A stretch of DNA of 64,000 nt from Ramazzottius varieornatus. Taxonomy: Eukaryota > Animalia > Tardigrada. The stretch is taken from positions 1,408,827 to 1,472,826 of the forward strand of contig BDGG01000006.1 of the NCBI GenBank assembly GCA_001949185.1, written 5' to 3'. Of this stretch, positions 37,114-49,514 are shown piece after piece (position 1 is the first letter of the stretch; every line of letters begins with the position of its first letter). Below the pieces are notes generated by a model. That model was not told where the DNA came from. It saw only the letters and a list, made by a program, of their open reading frames with translations, and made no database searches. The position numbers and the translations under genes are program-made.

Positions 37114-38930
37114 CTACCTGCATCCACATCCTTCGACAATCATGTCTTCGTAATTCTTGACGCTCAAAGTACCGCCTTCATCGTTGTACATCAGAGTCAT
37201 GGGTCTCATGTCGGTGGGGATGCAGCACGGCTTGGGAACAATCTGGAAGTTGGCGTTGTGGACCAGGCTCTGGATGGTGGCGTGGTTGGAAGCGTTGATA
37301 TGGTCGGCAAATGGGAAGGTACATTCACCCGCGCAGAAGAAGGCTTCGTACTGGTAGGGCTGGATTATCCAGTCGTCCCAACCAACTTCCTCGAAGATGA
37401 CCGTCATCGGGTGGCGCTTGCAGGTATTCTTGCGGCGGGGAGCACGGAACGGCGCCTTCCTGGTCTTGTCACCTCGAGCCTTGATAGCCCTGACGTCGTC
37501 CGAATACACCAGAACGTGAGGCTGCTTGTCCTTTGGGCTATGCCATCGTTTGACGGGCTGCAGCGCGTCAGATGGGCTGACTGAGTTTTGGTCTGGATAG
37601 GTGTTCTTCATCATGACGGGTCTTCGAGATTCGCCTTCGGTCTGGTTCTCCCCGATCGACCGACGCATTCTTCTTGTCCGTAGAGGATTGACCATCTCGA
37701 TGGCTTCTTCGGAAAAGATTTCGTGGTGGAGAGGTCGGCCATCCGGCGTCAGGATTTCGATGTCCAGTCCGCGGTTATCCGAAGGAGAAAGCTGCCATCT
37801 TTGGACAGCGGGAAGGATATCCAGGACGATGGTTTTCGAGCGGTTGGTGACGTCGACGAGGCGACTGTCCAACGGTCGAGTGATGACTTCGCCGTCGATC
37901 ACTTCGAGGATCTCGTGGACGCGGAGAAGTAGGCGCCTGTTGTGACGTAGGGCATTGGATGCATCGGAAGAAGAAGTGGACTGTGTGACGTCAGTGTCCA
38001 GTGGCAGGCTATTTGACCAGGTCGAATCGACAAACAGGCGCAGTTCGGCCACTTTGATCTCGTCGTCAAGCGGGATATTTGACATGTTGAACCACAAAAA
38101 CTCTTTGTGACCCTCCATCTCGTCTAGCCTCAACTGCTCTTCCTCCACATCTGCAGAAACAATAAATGTAATTATTACCCATGCTAATTAATGTCCCGGC
38201 TGTGTGCCATGCGCCACACCAAACACCCACAAGCCATCAAACGCTCATCTCAAAGCGTGCCGACTCAATTGGCCACTGTGCTAATTTCCAACGGCAAAAC
38301 AAAATCAAACAATGCCAGTTTTCTACCATATTATTTCACAGTCACGCTTTTTGTACGATTTTCTGGGTCAATAAATTCTCGTTTTCGGGTAGCAGAGCCC
38401 ACAACAAGTTTCCAAACCGCCAACTTTCTACGATTAATATTAACTACATGCGGAAGTTATTTACCTTGGACGTGCGGGTAGTGTCGTACAGTATTCCACA
38501 CATGTTCGGCCACTTTTTTCTTCTTCTTGGCTTTGGTTACGACATTGACGCTTTCCCCATTGGTGTTCTGTGGTAAATGCCGACGCATTTGCTGTTGATA
38601 GAGCTCCAGCATGACGGCAGGTATGTGTTGTTTCTCGTAAGTGAGCTTGGGTCTGCTCTTCATCCCTAATAGGTTTAGGAACGTCGCTTCAACCTTCTTA
38701 ATCTTCTCCCGATCGAGTCTGGGTGGTGGAGGTATGGTCTCGTGACTATCACTGGGGAAATACTGGCCGCTTGTGCGAGGAGGAACTGCTGCGTGTGAAA
38801 GACCGGACTGCGCTGTAGCTGCTGATGGATCAGGCAGGACACTGCGTATCCGCCAACATACCGTCAAGATGGATAATATCCACGATAACCAGGACTTTCT
38901 TAGCCGCGAACGGAAGTAGAATAAATCCAT
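37114..38930 (-). CDS. dpp: BMP2/4 (decapentaplegic-like) TGF-beta ligand, complement(join(37114..38150,38465..38930)), 500 aa
   Basis: Hydrophobic N-terminus; prodomain motifs (LLGMKSRP, IPAVMLELY, NTVRHY, FNMSNIP..AELRLF, LDSRLV); furin-type sites RTRRMRR and RAPRR; 7-Cys mature domain CKRHP..VGWDDWII..CAGEC.FP..NHATIQSLV..VPKPCCIPT..KNYEDMIVEGCGCR. Phase-1 junction is in frame. Confidence 0.88.
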
Positions 38931-41182
38931 TTGGTGACCGTCTGACACACACGCAAAGAAAGAGTAATAATCGCTTTCACCCGCAATCCGCGTGATGACG
39001 CTTTCCCAGAAGAATATAATTAATGTATGCAGGTTCCTTTCACTGAAAACCGGTTTTTCTCAGCGGAGACACGTGTCGGCACAGACACATTTCCAAAGTC
39101 CTATATTCCAAAAGTCCTTCATTGCTGAAACAGCAGACCTGCAAATTGGAAGAAGGTATGTCAGTAATATCGCGTCATATATTTGGAAGTTAAATAGTGT
39201 GAGTAATTTTTGTTTGACCCAACATCAATCTGACACTGTTCGTCATGTTGGAACGACAGTTATTGACGATTTTCTACAGATTCTACGCATTTATTTTTGC
39301 AGGACAGATTTGAGAATCAAAGTTTCAACCATAGAGCCATTCTTCTACCTGTTCTAGCACAAGTTTTGGTGTCCTCGTATATTCCGTGACCGAAATCCAG
39401 CAGTCGGTTTTCACAACGGTATCAATTTCACTCAGGCATTGGAATAGTTCTCAGGTCAATGAAATCAATGGACGGAAAAGCTCAAATCTCGCTGAACAGC
39501 TTGGAAAACGGTGAGAGAAACTATGAAACAGTGGATATGGTTATAATGCGGTGGAAGGTAGCAGCGATGGCTGGCGCCAATCGGTCTAGCACGACAACTC
39601 CGCCCACCATGGCTCAGGTGCTACGGCTGTACGGTCTATGCAGACAAAAGGTTTAGCTCGACAGGTGTGCGTGTGTATCTCTGTCTCTAACGTTCTTCGC
39701 TTCTGTCTTTGCACTTCTCGATGCAGGTTGGCTCGTTTCGGTTTTGTGGTGGAAAGTGCCAATAAAGAGCTACTGTAGTAAAAGCTCGTCTAGCTAGCAA
39801 TAGCAGGAGATGAACTAAATCTGGCCAGGTTTATGTGCCAGCGTTGGCTGCGTGAGAGCGCGCTGCTTCCATCGAAGACGCTCCGGGCGCTTCCAGAGAC
39901 AACACACATAACACGCTTCACCAAGACAGTTATCAATTGCGGCCAGAACACATATCGCCATCGTCACTGGCTTTTTTGATTTGATAGCACTTGAACCTGC
40001 GTTCTACTCGAAAAATTCATCAAGCGACAAGTCTCATTTTCTTTCCGACGATCAACGCGGCTCTGAGCAGTCTTCGCCGCGGACCAACGCTCCCGACACA
40101 CGAATACCGATGACGAGGGTTTTGCAGCTTGATCTTTCCATTGCGCAGATTGATCTTTTTTAATTTCATGATCCGGGTGACAAAATGGCAAACAAACTGG
40201 GCAATTTGCCCCTTTAGCATTTCACCCCGGCAACGACTTCGAAGCCGTGCAAGAAACTCTTCGCGTTGGTATTTGGAACGCCACCGGCAGTACACTACCT
40301 ATCATTTGGACTATAGATATGACTTTGATCGTATCTAGTACTATCTACCATGTCTCGTAACCTTTGAAAAATCACCAGAAGAGTCTGAAGAGACTTGAGA
40401 GTTTTATCCCGTCAGCACTGAACAGTGGGCAGTGGCATGTGTGAGGCAACAGGTTTTCGTGACATTTGAATTCAGATAAAACGAACAAGATAACCAGCGC
40501 ACACACGCACCACACACACAACAAGGATGTACCCGTAATCTAAATTGGCGGACAATAACAGTACAAAGAGAGCTTGAGAGGATATGATTATATTGCACTA
40601 CCTTCAAGTTCTTTTTTGACAAGCAGGTTGATAAGCGAAGTTTGCACCTTTTCAGATGTGTTATTTTCACACGGATATGGAGGCTGTTATTTTTGAAAGC
40701 GATAGGCAAATACCCGCCGTAAACAGCGGATACACTTCCAACAAGAAAGCGTTCCCTTCTGTCTAACAAGGCGGCTTTGCTTGACGAGATACAGTAGGAA
40801 GCACGGGTGAAGAACAGAAGAAAGCGCAGCCATGCGAGCAATTGACGAACGAGCGATAAATATAATTGCTGTTATTGTCTAGCCTTCTTTGCCCTTCCAC
40901 CCAAGCTCCGAGCTCGCACCTGCGTACCCAACAACCAACAAACACACACTTTATCATCATGTTCACAGCCACTTATCAATACCTCAACCATATCAACTAT
41001 CGCTTGCCGACAAATTACAAAACAATGCCTTATGAATTATTCATCTTTTCCGTGTACAGCAAAATCCTGCCGGCTGTGCACGGTAAGATCTGATGACCGA
41101 AAATTCAACTTCATCGAGGTGAGATTTCTTTTTCAAACAAAAGTTCTCCTCTGCTGCCGTAAAGTTTTCTGTTTTGGGGTAT

Positions 41183-41265
41183 CGACAAGACTGTTTTACC
41201 GAGTGGCGCACGTTCCCGGTGTCAGTGGGGCATAGCGTGCGCCACTGGCGAAAATGATCTTGTCG
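41183..41265. repeat. Best-preserved copy of the ~80-bp GTGGCGCAC hairpin family
   Basis: CGACAAGACTGTTTTACCGAGTGGCGCACG-(loop)-CGTGCGCCACTGGCGAAAATGATCTTGTCG. Confidence 0.8.
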
Positions 41266-43442
41266 AGATGTTTGCCTGGACTGCCCGAATCGATTCGACA
41301 AGAAAAGGAAAAACTTATGATTTCTGTCCGTCTAATTGAGAGTATGGGCGTGGCTCTAGGTTTTGATTATTATTCTGCAACGGTGGACGCTTTTATCAAA
41401 AGGATATCGATGTCGAATATGTGGAACGGGAAGTGTAGTGGCAGCTTGACATGACGAAGGCTCTATTGTTCTAGGTGGTCAGCGTTAAACAAATGTTTTC
41501 ATTTCCAGCACTTGTTTCTGAGCGGCCATCAAACACCTGATTCAATAGTCAACATTATGCTCCCCAATTGGAGTGCTCCGCTAGAACAAACGCCTCTCTT
41601 CTCCCCTTGCAAATCTCACAGTGCCACACCACTTTTCCCTGCTTAACTTTCCCCTCACTGATTGCACAATAGCCTCCACGGGCTTGCGCCACTTCTTCCT
41701 GTAAATGCTGGAGAAAGAGAAGAAGCCTGCCTTCCATCGTTCGACACTTGGCATAATCCAAAGTTGTCAAACCGCTTAGGGCTATTCTTCTTGACCACAA
41801 GTATATTATGCTCAAGCCTCCATATGGCACTCTTCAAGTTAATTTCCCCTAAAAGCCAGCTTGAGCGTTTATTTGTCTTAGGATGGGAAATTATACGACA
41901 GAGTACTCGTACTAAAGTTGAAAAATGTTGGAAGGAAGAAAAGGCCACCCAGTACGAGTGAAGATGAACAGATAACGATGATGATGGCCGGCAGTCAAAT
42001 GGCACCCATCGATCGAACACAACCTTCTCTTACCTGGACGGACCACCAGTGGCTTGCCGTGGTACACAAAGGGGTGCTACTGCTGCTGACGATTGTTTCG
42101 GCACTCTAACTAATTACACCTTCTGCACTGCTAGCCTTCCACCTCTGTCATTTTCGGCTCAAGTGTGCAAAGTATTTACAATGGCAAATTAAGATTCCAC
42201 AGCTCTCAAGGAATGGCGAGATGGTCATCTCCCAAAGAATGACCATCTGCCACCCAACTATGTACGCAAATTATCTTCCACTGAAGAAGCCGGTAGTAAG
42301 TTTTCGCTCGAAAACTAACGTATCACCATTTTTACGATTGTTGTTACCATCCGGATAAAGTTGTTGGCTAGAACGGTAAATCATGTCACATTCCGAACCA
42401 GTTTCAAATGAGATCATATTGACATTTTTCCACATAATATCAGATATGCGCCGATTTTCTTGAAACAGTCCAAAAAAGCTAAAGTAATCAGTGTGCGATA
42501 GAGGACGATTTACCTGTTTGGTGTGAGTGGATGAGGATTGTATCCGTGAGAATCCAATGTAGTTGTCCATGTACCGATCAGCGATAACAAAGAAGCGAAC
42601 CGCTCTTCAGAAGACGGGACAAACAATCAGACTATGTCTGTAATATCAAAACAGAAGGAAAATATGAATAAGTCAATCTTAATAGGGGGGTATGCTTGAC
42701 TGACGTTCAGTGAATATGGCATTCAGGACAGGAAGCCCAGGTTGGCTATTGACCAGCAATGATCATCTATCTATCCGTTCTGCCCGTACCTGGGGTCAGA
42801 GAATGATGAGCTGGAGGAGAGTATTCAACAAGTGGGCATACAGAGTACATTCCAAGAGTCATCCATCAAACATGTCGGATAGTGTATGGAGAGAGTGGCA
42901 CGCCACTCCTTCTTCAATATGGTAATCGAGCCGTTATGCTCACTTGCAGAAGCTGTCTTGCTTAGCTGCGCCAGGTAAGACAATCTCCTTGATATAATTG
43001 CTAAATTCCTCAACACTGAAGAGATGGTGTGCTGAGGTAATGCGAGACGCAACGGCATCGAATGTCGGCTTTGGGCATCATGAGACTCCAAAAGTCAATT
43101 GATCATAACCACGTCAAGCTTGGGGGAGAAAAGAGGAGAGGGGACAAGAAAGACAAGGCGCGGATGAGTGATGGATATGATCTGAACGATGGCTCCAATG
43201 ACTATTAAGTGCAGGCAGGAGTAAGGAAATCGTAGGGAAATCGTATACTGTACATGGGCGAAACTATCTTTCGTGACTATGGTACATCGATCCACCAAGA
43301 ATCTAACTGTTGCTTCTGCTTCGTCTCTTTGAGAGCACATTGTGCTGTGAGCGATCAGCTGTACGCCCACCGGCTATTTTGCATGCAAAGAGGGAGCCTC
43401 TGCGCTGCAGGACCTCGCTCACTTTTAACCGATTTCTAACAG

Positions 43443-43640
43443 TGCGCACCGTAGCCAAGTAAAAGCAGGAAAGTTTGGAACAGCAACAAGTTTGGAACAG
43501 GCGGAAAAGACGACAAACTGAGCAGTCAACCGCAGAAAATTGTCAAAAAGTGCATTGGTGTGAATTGCAGACGGACGTACGTACGAACTTCCGTTCCGCT
43601 GTGTCGGAAGTGCCTGTTCCAAACTTCCCCTTCGAGTGTG
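43443..43640. mobile_element. Degenerate MITE related to the 28333/48007 family
   Basis: AAGTTTGGAACAG (twice) versus CTGTTCCAAACTT inverted; internal GGCGGAAAAGACG, TCAACCGCAGAAAATTGTC and CGTACGTACG are shared with the other copies. Confidence 0.55.
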
Positions 43641-44058
43641 TACGAAAACTTGAAGTATTCTTTCGACAAAATCTAGGGGAATCAACTCTCGAGCTCGAGC
43701 CGGGTCATCATAGCAAGCACGCTCGACCCCTGGATCAATCAGAAGATCTTTTTGAGTCCTGGCTTCTTAGCTCATCCTCCTTCTCCATGTTCGGTCTGGC
43801 CGTTCAGAAAACAGAAAGAATGCTTTACTTTTCCAGCTCATTGGAGGGAGCAGCAAGCTCGCTGGTCGTTGCCACGGGAAGACGATGAAGCGATCAAAGA
43901 GCGTGTTGAGTTCCCGCTAAACTGGATCGATCCCAGAAATGGAGACTGTGTGGCAAAAACTGCGATATTGATTTATGCGGGATTGACTTATAAGTTACGA
44001 CAGCTAATACTCTATTTGTAAATTTCGTTGTACTAGTATCTCCATCTTCGGCTTAGAA

Positions 44059-44939
44059 ATGGGTCTCGCTGTTAAAGGTCTATTCTGGCTGGGTCCCTTT
44101 GGTCTTCTGCAGTGCGTTAGCGTTTGGGGACAAGGGTTGCAGTGTTACGATTGTGATGGACAAACCATGGGGATACCCACCGACGATTGTTGGACTAATT
44201 TCAATGCATCTACCCGCGTGCGCATAACCGAAGCTACTGACCCGACCAAGTGCCTGGTCTGCTACACCGAAATCATCGACGTAATGATCAACGCAACTAC
44301 ACGCAGTAAGGATTCGTGCATGCTGCCGCCATCGCGGCCACCGTTTTGTACCACTATCGTGGCTGTGGAACTCTTTCCAGCCATGTGCTTGGTCCTGCAT
44401 GCCCGCATCTTCTTCATGACCGCGTTTCTGCTACTGCAACCCCCTTTTCCTTTACAGATGAACGAGTATTGAAACGAAGATGCCTCACTGAGATGGCCGA
44501 CAAGGATGATTTTGATAAGCTGCCTAATAAGAATGCGTGCGGAGTTTTCATGCCGATAAAGAAGCTTGATGCAGCCTACAGCAAAGACGGAGATTTCCAG
44601 CAGACTGAACGATGTTATTGCATGAGCAACAAATGCAACACGTGGCAAGTGAAAGATCGGCGAACTGGTATAGTCCAGCAGGAAAAGTCGGCCTTCAGCA
44701 CCGATAATGCTGGAAACACTGCAAACTCCGACGACCCCGAAAAGCCTGCTAGTGAAACACCTGGCAATGCCACGGGGACTGACTCGGGAGGTCTTAGTGG
44801 AATTTCTTCTGCATCTTCTGTCAAATTTGGACATGCCGGTATGGGCGAGCCCAGTTTCTACAGGTTCCTGTGGCCATCCGTCTTGGTTGTAATGGTACAT
44901 GTGGTGCGCAGTTTGCTTTGTCCCGCTGATACGTCATGA
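44059..44939 (+). CDS. Ly6/uPAR (three-finger, quiver/sleepless-like) secreted, probably GPI-anchored protein, join(44059..44305,44458..44939), 242 aa
   Basis: Signal peptide, LQCYDC start, CLVCY, KRRC, CYCMSNKCN end motif, Ser/Gly-rich linker and hydrophobic C-terminus. Phase-1 GT-AG intron; 729 nt. Confidence 0.8.
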
Positions 44940-45184
44940 GCTACAGTTCAGAAGCATTGTAATGATTCCGCTAACCTAGCTTTCTTCCAAACATTTTGTC
45001 ATTGTTCAGAGTATGTCGATTGTCCCTATACAGGTATAGGTGTTGTGATAGTTGTGCAAACTTTTAATGGGCTAATATCTGGCACCGGAGGATTTCGAAA
45101 ACATTATGCATATCGCCGGGTACAAGGATTGTTATTCGGGATAGTGGCGGTCTGACCAGAAAACTTGAGGTAGAAAATAGGCTT

Positions 45185-45946
45185 TCAGAATTCAAAAGGG
45201 CGGACACTGCTGTAGGTGTAGGCCGGTATTCGGACACTGTTGGCATGAGCCGGTGGAGGTCGGTTCATATAAATCTGCGATGAATAGCTTAAAGCTGAGG
45301 ACCTGATCTTTGTACACATGATGGCTGCAGCGATGCAGACCGGAATTAAGCAGGCCGTCTGGAATATTCCGAGGAGGATCAGGACCGGGCTGCGTATCTC
45401 GTGGCCTGCTGTGAGCAGCACGAAGATGGTGATGACACAACCAAGTATCATCATAATAAATAGAAAGATGTTGGCTGTCATAGCTGTGTTCCTCAGCCAC
45501 GAGCTCGGCCCACGGACGGAGAACTTTGCACAACATAACCCCAGAATGGCAGTCAGGATGTAAAAGAATCCGGCCACGAAGCCGCTGGCGTACGTTGTTC
45601 CTCCCCAGATGGTCGCTATAAACAACATTGAAAATACTGAAAAATCTGCAGAAAACAGGCATGAGTACTTCCGCCAGTACATCAGGCCACTTGACTATGC
45701 TGGAGCAAAACAACATTGTCTGAATGACTGACGACAGCACACTTGGAAAAAAAATGCAATTGTTTGTTGATTTCTTTACCGTCTATCCCACATACCAGGG
45801 CTGTGAACATGAACAGTGTGCCGACATCTTGCGCACTTACTGAAAATTGCTTGCAGGATGGTGGTGATTCCATAGAAGAGCTGGATGCTGGAAAGGCCGA
45901 TCAATGCTCCCCTTCTTCTTGCTTCCTCGATTTCCGATGGATACAT
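45185..45946 (-). CDS. MS4A/CD20-like four-TM protein, complement(join(45185..45615,45841..45946)), ~178 aa
   Basis: Exon 1 MYPSEIEEARRRGALIGLSSIQLFYGITTILQAIF (TM1, GTAAGT donor). Exon 2 YASGFVAGFFYILTAILG plus two more TM segments and a Pro-rich tail. An alternative in-frame acceptor exists at 45645. Confidence 0.6.
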
Positions 45947-46465
45947 CCTGCTCACAGAAAGCGCAAAGGGGGAAATCCTTCATTCAGAATTATCACTTTA
46001 CGCACGTTTGCTTCCGGGTTGTGTTTTCCCTCGCTACTCTAGCTCATGTCTGCTGTGGCATCGCCAAACTTTGGAATTCTTACACAGCTGATGTTATTTC
46101 ACAGAAATGTTCATGGATATGACAGGCAGCTGCTAAATAACTGTCTTCGGCCCAGCTCGACTTATGTGGAGTACTCAACCGCAGACAAGCAGTGTGTTAC
46201 ACTGGGAACACAAAAAATAATCAGTTGACGTTCGAGCTAAAAATACCACAAACTAGTACTGTATAGCCCACGCCGGTGGCCTTGAATACTTGACGTGACC
46301 TAATACTATGTTAGTACTCGGCGGTTTTCCTTCTTTCCATCTTCATTGTTCCATCGATCGAGTAAAATCTCAAGAGAACCGTAGCGATTGCTAACTTAGG
46401 AAAAAATTAGACCCAGCTATTCAAGACTCCAGGAAGGAATTTGTAGGGGACTGAAGAGCGAATTC

Positions 46466-49291
46466 TCATGTTGAATCACCCCATGGAGCGAGTAGACCAC
46501 CATAATGCTTTGGATTGCTTCTTTCGTCAATTAGTACATTTCCCGGTGGCGAGGCGCTGCTGTTGTAGAAGTTCACTTTGTCCATCATCAGCTTTATAAT
46601 TTCCGGATGCTCCAGGGCGATATTAATTCGCTCGCACGGATCCACCACGACGTCGAAAAGACAGGGCATTATGTCCGGCAGGCACAACGTCATCTTCGTA
46701 GCGTTACAGTGTAGTCTTCCTGGCGCGTCGGTCAGCAGGGAAGTATTCAGTCCTCCACTTGGTTCGTACCTGGAAAACCCTCAGCCCTTGAAACGCTTAC
46801 AATTTGACGGTGGAAAGCCGCATCAACCTTACCAGTCATCGGCGGTCTGGCCGTCATTGTTGACGTAAAGTCCAGAGATGATTTTGTATTGGTTCCATCG
46901 CAGGGCGTACTCGCCGTATATCGGGTCTGCCTGGATCAGCAGCTCGGTGCGGGGGGACGGTAAGTCCTCCGACAAGGAAGTCCAGAGATTCTGACCATCG
47001 AGTTTGTCGGATGAGTTGGCGGCTCCACCGGCAAGATAAAGTAGCGTGGGTAGGAGGTCAGTGATGTGATACAGCTCGGTGGACACTCGACGCGGCTTCT
47101 GTATTAGTTGGCTCCAGACAAACGCCGTAACTCGAACACCTCCTTCAAACCTATTAAGCTCGAACTGTCACCCTTCGAACCATAGGAGCCACGCTTTTGC
47201 GATGGGGTCGCAAGTTTCGGATTAGACATACTGTGTCATCTTGGCTCCACGTAATGGCCAGTTGTTAGCGTATGTGATCAAGGTTTCACGGAGGAACGAT
47301 TGCTCCTCGCCTCCGCCGCCGTTGTCCGAAAGGAAAACAATGACAGTATTGTTCAGCTCCTCTCTTTGCTCCAGTGCTTGAACAACTTTGCCCACTGAAT
47401 CATCCAGCGCTGACACCATGCCTATTGGTCCAACAGACATTGAGGGTCTCTGATTTCGGAGTTTCGTTTCACTCGAAAGCGATGTACCTGCGTATTTCCG
47501 CCGCCCCATGTGCGAGATATTGGGAAACCGCTCCACGTATTCTTGGGGAACGTCCAAGTTCGAAGAGCCACTGGAGGCATGTGGCGCATTGTGGGACAAG
47601 TACACGAAGAGCGGCTGAATGAGAGAATTAGTCCTCTATGGAAAACTAACACCTGTTGTGCACCAACCTGAACGAAATTGTGATGGGCGATACGTTGAAC
47701 TGCAACATCAGTCAAGACATGCGTGATATATTGACCGGTCAAATTTCTCGCCGGTTCGGTATCGTTCCACAAATCCAGGCCATGAAAGTCATCGTTCCCT
47801 GTCTTCTGTACAAAATCCGTTCACTCGAATATGAGCCGGCACCTCAGTCCATTCGTTAGATTTCTTACCGTGAATGTGTGATTGAAATGGTGGAGGGAAG
47901 GCCCATGACATCCGAAAAAGGAGTCGAAGCCACGGCTGGCTACAAAAAAGACGCAATCGCCATGGATTAATTATTGATGTCTTGCACCAGACGGTAAAAA
48001 GGTGTACACGTACGACGAGAAATTATGGGACCGTAAAAATTACGGGACAGCTGGAAAGGACGGCAAAGTGGGAATTCAACCGCAGAGAAGCATCGAAAAG
48101 TGTGTTGGTGTCAAGGAGGCGCGTACGTACGTGCATCCGTACCGCCGGGCCGAAAAGGTCTGGTCCATAATTTTTACTGTCCTATAAATCTCTCGTCGTA
48201 CGTGTGCGTTTGCCGACGTACTAGGTAACATCTTGGTTTGGTAGTATCCCAGATGCCACTGCAAACACAATAACATAGTGAGCTGCCAAGTCAATGAAAA
48301 CTGAATTTTATCGGATTCGAGCTTGGTTGGTCAATATTGTTACCTTCCCGAATAAATGTGTACTATAGCCCAGTTCTTTCAAATATTGCGGGAGAATCTT
48401 TTCGGACACTGGCAGTCCGCGGGGTTCTCCGTTTCGAATGACGTCGTGCTGCAGACCTGAAGCAATAAACAAAGGTTTGGGTGTTTCCCCTCGATACAAA
48501 TCCTGTGCACGTGTACAATCGAAACCGCCGACGCCTATTAGGCCCATATACAGTCACGCTCACAGGTTAACGCCACCCCACGCTACATGATGGTGTTGGA
48601 ATCGTCGGTATCAGACGACGGGATGACAAGATACAGGCAACCGAATGAAGACCACGGGGTGGCGTTAACCTATGAGCGTGACTGTACGTACCGTATCGGA
48701 TGGGATATCTTGCAGTCATCAAGGCGGACCTGCAATGTCAGAAAGTCTCGCTTTATGATTCGCGCTGACGAGCCTGAAGCTAGTTCGGGTCGGAGTGACC
48801 CGTCTCTCATCTTGCGACGAATTCGAAAGGATGTACACTTACCGGGATGGCGTACATGCGGATTGCGCGTAGAAGCTGTTGAGGATGACGCCTTCATGGG
48901 CCAAACGGTCAATGTTGGGAGTGGAGATCTGCGAATATCCATGGAAGCTGACATCATTCCAGCCCTACTTCGACAAAATAAGTTAGCTCTTCACCAACCA
49001 GACTAATACTAATTTTTCCCCGTTCAACTGTAAGATCGCAAGATATACCAAATCATCAACAGATATAATAACGATATTGGGTTTTGTCGATCGTGGGCCC
49101 GTAGTCTCCCCTCCAACGGTTTTGCCAAAGACAGCTGGAAGGTTCCTCTCGTAGACTGACGCTACCAATACTAAAGCATAGTACAGCAAAAGGCCGGCGG
49201 CAGCCAGTAGAATGGCTAATGACAGCAAGGAGATGATTAAGCAGAGAAAATACAGACCCCATTTCCACGGACTCCTCAGTGCCTGCTCCAT
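46466..49291 (-). CDS. Arylsulfatase B/I/J-like sulfatase, multi-exon
   Basis: [12 protein letters not shown], catalytic motif [11 protein letters not shown]|[18 protein letters not shown]|[62 protein letters not shown]. No lesions seen in the exons checked. Confidence 0.9.
48007..48204. mobile_element. 198-bp MITE of the same family as 28333-28781, in an arylsulfatase intron
   Basis: TA-CACGTACGACGAGAAATTATGGGACCGTAAAAATTACGGGACAG ... CTGGTCCATAATTTTTACTGTCCTATAAATCTCTCGTCGTACGTG. Confidence 0.85.
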
Positions 49292-49514
49292 TTCTCAAGA
49301 AACACTTTTCACCAACTGCATCAAATATACCGCACTGTGTCATCCATGGAACTTCCTTGTGCTGCAGCTTCGTCTTCATCGATTATTTCGGCCACCGAGT
49401 GTAAACCTTATCATTTTTATTGCATCATCAATACCTCACTTACGGCGTAGCCGCCAGAAAAGCTCACAGGGGAAGAAAAACATAAGGCTGGTGGATATTG
49501 GTACAGTAGCAAAT

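Noticed and set aside
36847-37945. Long + strand ORFs (245 aa and others)
   Set aside because: Antisense shadows of the BMP2/4 exon with no independent motifs.
41500-43400. Possible decayed transposon or gene ORFs upstream of dpp
   Set aside because: No recognisable transposase, RT or other motif; cannot be supported.
46466-49291. Horizontally acquired bacterial sulfatase
   Set aside because: Intron-rich, with metazoan ARSB/I/J-type motifs.
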